Of a DNA stretch of 64,000 nt, positions 59,846 through 64,000 are shown one piece after another. The notes under the pieces are model-generated. The model did not search any database. It had not been told where the DNA came from and saw only the letters and a list, made by a program, of their open reading frames with translations. Both the position numbers and the translations under genes were made by a program. Within the stretch, counting starts at the first letter, position 1. The number at the start of each line of letters is the position of its first letter. The DNA is from Mobula hypostoma (Eukaryota), in the NCBI RefSeq assembly GCF_963921235.1, contig NC_086097.1, positions 254,884,001 through 254,948,000 of the forward strand, in the 5' to 3' direction.

Positions 59846-60352
59846 TTGACCTTTTGTATCCAGAGGCACTCATCTGATTAAATTGATCTGCAGTTTGGAA
59901 TGCACAAAATATAGGGGTGGCAGAGAGAGTCATGAACGTGTCTCAGTCAAAGGAAAGTGGGAAATATCGTAGGTCTGCTGCGTTAAACGCAGATGCGACG
60001 AAAAGCTAGCTGGCAGCTGGTGTTTCAGTAATGCATGAGCTGCAGGCGACCATTCAGACAGAAATCAGTTAAGTGGTCAAACAGAAATTGCCTTGAACAC
60101 TGGGCGAAATGAGAAAGCTGAGTGCCCTTTGGTTTTGTGGAGCAAAGAGGATCAAAGAGCTGTGTTGGAGTCGCACCTAGAATTGTGATAAACTCGGTGA
60201 TGTGCGTAATCCGGTCGCCTGTGGCCCCTAGTGCTGGAAGGAATTGACATTACAATTGGCAGGCTGTTGCCATCGTTCGACAGACATCAGCATGAAAATC
60301 TGCATAATCATTGTCGGTAGGAGTCAACGTGGTGAAGCTTGGTGTCGCTTTT

Positions 60353-60438
60353 CCTTCGATAGCTCAGTTGGTAGAGCGGAGGACTGTAGAGGAAATGGAG
60401 TCATCCTGAGGTCGCTGGTTCGAATCCGGCTCGAAGGA
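60353..60438 (+). tRNA. tRNA-Tyr(GTA) with intron (U43G)
   Basis: ATCCTG instead of ATCCTT; otherwise consensus. Confidence 0.92.
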
Positions 60439-60800
60439 TCGGGACTTCTTTTACTACGCCGATCATCAATTCCGTACTACAGAGACTCTCGGTGGCACAA
60501 GACTGCACTCCGAATTGCTCCGACTCGTGACGGGATAGAATACAGAGGCATCTAATGACATAACAGGCAAGGCCAGCAGATCACTGGGTCACATTTCAGA
60601 GCGCTATGTCCTCACGCTTGCTGCTCTGACAGTACGACAACTCTCACTCGTCCTAAAGTAACACAAAGTCAGAAATATTAGATTGGATATGATTAGATGA
60701 TGAGGACACTCAGTCGTCGTTTACTGTAATTTTAAGATGCATGTCTTAAAAAATGATACCCTGTTCCTCCGGGCTGATATCACAGAAACACAAGGCAGAC

Positions 60801-62345
60801 TTGAACATCAGTCACTGAAAGCAAGCATGCAAGTACAGCAGGCAGTGAAGAAAACTCATGGCATGCTGGCCTTCATAACAAGGGGAGTTGAGCATAAGAG
60901 CAAAGAGGTCCTTCTGCAGCTATACAAGGCCCTAGTGAGACCACACCTGGAGTACTGTGTGCAGCTTTGGTCTCCAAATTTGAAGAAGGACATTCTTGCT
61001 ATTGAGGGAGTGCAGCGTAGGTTCACAAGGCTAATTTCCGGGAATGCGGGACTGTCATATGTCGAAAGATTGGAGCGACTGGGCTTGTATATTCTGGAAT
61101 TTAGAAGGCTGAGAGGGGATCTTATTGAAACATAGATAGATAGATAGATAGATTTACTTTATTCATCCCGAGGGAAATTTGGTTTCGTTCCAGCGGCACC
61201 AAACAACAATAGAGGTAAGTATAGCAAAACAAAAAACCCCAACAATCAAATAACAAACTGCAAAACTATGCCAGATGGAAAATAAGTCCAGGACCAGTCT
61301 ATTGGCTCAGGGTGTCTGACCCTCCACGGGAGGAGCTGCATGTTCGATGGCCACAGGCAGGAACGACACCTGTGCCGCCAAGTGTTGTATCACGGTGGAA
61401 TGTGGCCGAAGTCCAACAGTAAAAAGTTCAATATTCAGTCTGCAAACACGTTCCTCAATCGGAATATATACCGGATTGTACCATCTGTTGTTAACCAGAT
61501 CAGTAAGCACCGAACTCCTATATGCTCACCGTTCTCCGTGCACTTCCGGTCAGCCGGAACGGTATCAAACACCGAAATCCTCTTCTCTAAAAGTCTCTGT
61601 TGTCTCGACCCGTTCCACTTTCCTCGGCTTTGTGATCCCCCTCTGTGTGTTTTCCTCCGGATTTCCGCAGGGGTGTCCACCGCTCTGTTCGCTAAGCCGG
61701 CCGGTATTTGCTGGTCCGTGGAATACACAATGTGACCTTGATGCCGTCCCGCGTGTCGGGATGTAACCATTTCCAGCGCTAAAGAAAACCCAAATAAAAC
61801 TCTCTCTTCCAGCATGTTAGAGAGGGTGCAGCATCGACGTGTTACCGTGAGGAAGAAAAATACAAAAAAATAGCGCAAATTAAAAAGTAAAGAAGAAAGT
61901 AAGTGAAAATAGATCGGAACGTCCGAAACAGGGTGCATGCACGACTGGCGCATGCGCACTAAGGATATAAGATTATTAAAGGATTGGACACGCTGCAGGC
62001 AGGAAGCATGTTCAGCTGATGGGTGAGTCGGAAACCAGAGGCCACAATTTAAGAATAAGGGGTGGGCCATTTAGAACGGAGTTGAGGAAGAACTTTTTCA
62101 CCCAGAGAGTGGTAGACAATATGGAATGCTCTGCCCCAGAAGGCTGTGGAGGCCAAGTCTCTGGATGCTTTCAAGAAAGAGATGGATACAGCTCTTAAAG
62201 ATAGCGCTATCAAAGGTTATGGGAATAAGGCAGGAACTGGATACAGATTGTGGATGATCAGCCATGATCACAGTGAATGGCGGTGCTGGCTCGAAGGGCG
62301 GAATGCTCTACTTCTGCACCTATTATCTATTGCCCATTGTCTATT
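60801..62345 (+). mobile_element. CR1 family C 3' part, interrupted by a Rex1-like element
   Basis: CR1 C-terminus splits at GAAACATA|TAAGATT; (CTATTGT)n-like tail; GAC on both flanks. Confidence 0.9.
61135..61964 (-). mobile_element. ~830-bp internally deleted Rex1/Babar-like retroelement
   Basis: Peptide remnants DTVPADRKCTE, VNNRWYNP..EERVC..NIELFTVGLRP and SFLPVAI; (TATC)n tail. Confidence 0.72.
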
Positions 62346-63261
62346 GACCAAGACTAAAATTGACAAAAAACTCATAATTCTACCAAATAGTTACAACTGT
62401 GCAAAGTAATACCGTAATTTGATAAGAGCAGACCATGGGCACCGAAAAAAATGTTTCAAAGACCTGATGGCCTCATCATCTCACGCAGACGGTAGAAGGA
62501 AGAAACTCCCCCTGCCATGAGCTTCCAGCGCCGCGAACCTTCTGATAAAGCGTCCTGGAAGCACCCGCCCACAGTCCTATTCTGAGTCCGTCCGAAAACT
62601 TCGATCTTCCGACCGGCCCTCCGACACCGAGCACGGAGTACCATCTCTGCCGAGCGCATCGACCCATGTCCCGGCCGCTAAGCAACAGGCACAGCCGAGG
62701 ATTCAGGATATTCCCCTCCGGAGATTTCGGAACACACATAGGAGCGGAAGCGAAGCAGGCATTTCCTTGGTTCATGAAGATGTTCTGCTTCTGACCCATG
62801 AGTTCCCGCCGGGGCGTAATGATCCAGGAAAGGTGAATGCGGAAATGTTGCTAACTGTGGTGTTGTTGGTGATATGTGGGTATTGAGGGCCAGATTTCAG
62901 ATGACCTGAATATGCATGTTCACGGAAGCGACGCAATACACGGTATGTTTCGATGTCTCTGTGAGGAAGTGATTGTACGCCGAATGTTTGTCGCTGCATT
63001 GAAGTAGAGATATCAATTCCAACTGCAATAACAATCGGTTGTAAAAATAGAAGGATAATTCCTTGCATGCGATAGAATGAATTGTCGTTTGGGAACATGA
63101 CAGGTGACAGAGGCAAAGAGCGACCGTATGTGTGTCTGAGTGGTTGGTTGATGATTGAGTGTGTCTGTGTGTGAGCTGCTGATTGTGCAACGGTGAGCAG
63201 TGCCAGGCATGCAACGGTGCTTGTCGCGCAGAGCAAATTACAGAGGTGAATTGGATCTGCT

Positions 63262-63334
63262 GGAGAATTAGCTCAAATGGTAGAGCGCTCGTTTAGCATG
63301 CGAGAGGTAACGAGATCGATGCTCGCATTCTCCA
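63262..63334 (+). pseudogene. tRNA-Ala(AGC) with G3A, C31U and G49A
   Basis: Starts GGAGAAT, converting G3:U70 to A:U; T-stem mismatch. Confidence 0.85.
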
Positions 63335-63834
63335 TTGACATTTTGTATCCAGAGGCACTCGTCTCATCAAGTTGCTGTGAAGTTTGGAATGTACAGAAGA
63401 TAGGTGTGGCGGAGAGAGAGAGACGATCGTGTCTCAGTAAAGGAAACGGGGAAATCTGCTGCCTTGAAAGCAGATACTAGGAAGAGCCAGCTGGCAGCTG
63501 GTGCTTCAGTAGTATTTGAGCAGCAGGTGTCCATTCAGACAGAAATCAGTTAAGTGTTCGAAAGGAAATTGCCCTGGACTCTGGGCGAAATCAGAAAGCT
63601 GAGCAGCCTTTGATTTTGACAAGCAAAGAAGATCAAAGAGCTGTGTTGGAGTCGCACCGAGAATGGTGATATGCTCGGTGATGTGCGTCATCCGGTCGCC
63701 TGTGGTCCCTAGTGCTGGAAGGACTGGATATTACATTTGGCAGGCTGTTGCTCTGGGTCGAAAGTCACCAGGATGAAAATCTGCATAATCATTGTCGGTA
63801 GGAGCCAGCGCGGCGAAGCTTGGGTATCGCTTTT

Positions 63835-63920
63835 CCTTCGATAGCTCAGTTGGTAGAGCGGAGGACTGTAGAGGAAATGGAGTCATCCTTAGGTCGCTGG
63901 TTCGAATCCGGCTCGAAGGA
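63835..63920 (+). tRNA. tRNA-Tyr(GTA) with intron, intact
   Basis: Identical to the array consensus; TTTT terminator. Confidence 0.97.
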
Positions 63921-64000
63921 TCGGGACTTCTTTTACTACGCCGATCATCAGTTCCGTACTACAGAGCTTCTCGGTGGCACAAGACTGCAGTCCGAGGAGC

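Larger units (their letters stand above)
1..64000 (+). repeat. Tandem array of a ~2.7 kb tRNA-Ala/tRNA-Tyr unit (12 copies; continues beyond both window ends)
   Basis: The same ordered blocks recur 12 times. The uninterrupted unit measures 2705 bp (Tyr start 9656 to Tyr start 12361). Ala-to-Tyr start spacing is 562-580 bp in uninterrupted units. Confidence 0.97.

Overview
Eukaryotic (vertebrate) repetitive DNA with no host protein-coding gene. The CR1, Penelope and Rex1 repertoire suggests a cartilaginous fish, but this is inference. The whole window is a head-to-tail tandem array of 12 copies of a ~2.7 kb unit. Each unit carries a tRNA-Ala(AGC) gene followed ~570 bp later by an intron-containing tRNA-Tyr(GTA) gene (13-nt intron), both on the + strand, plus an old SINE-like insertion and unique spacer DNA. 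Many tRNA copies carry damaging mutations: one has an ACC anticodon, one has lost G3:U70, and one is reduced to its 3' exon. Units are individually expanded by nested retroelements: three CR1 families, an internally deleted Penelope-like element (GIY-YIG) with a minimal hammerhead ribozyme near its 3' end, a 103-bp ribozyme-only Penelope insertion, a 5.3 kb L1, a non-autonomous Rex1 derivative and two families of solo LTRs. Shared insertions record higher-order duplication, conversion and unequal recombination within the array. Most short ORFs in the supplied track are incidental frames of repeats.
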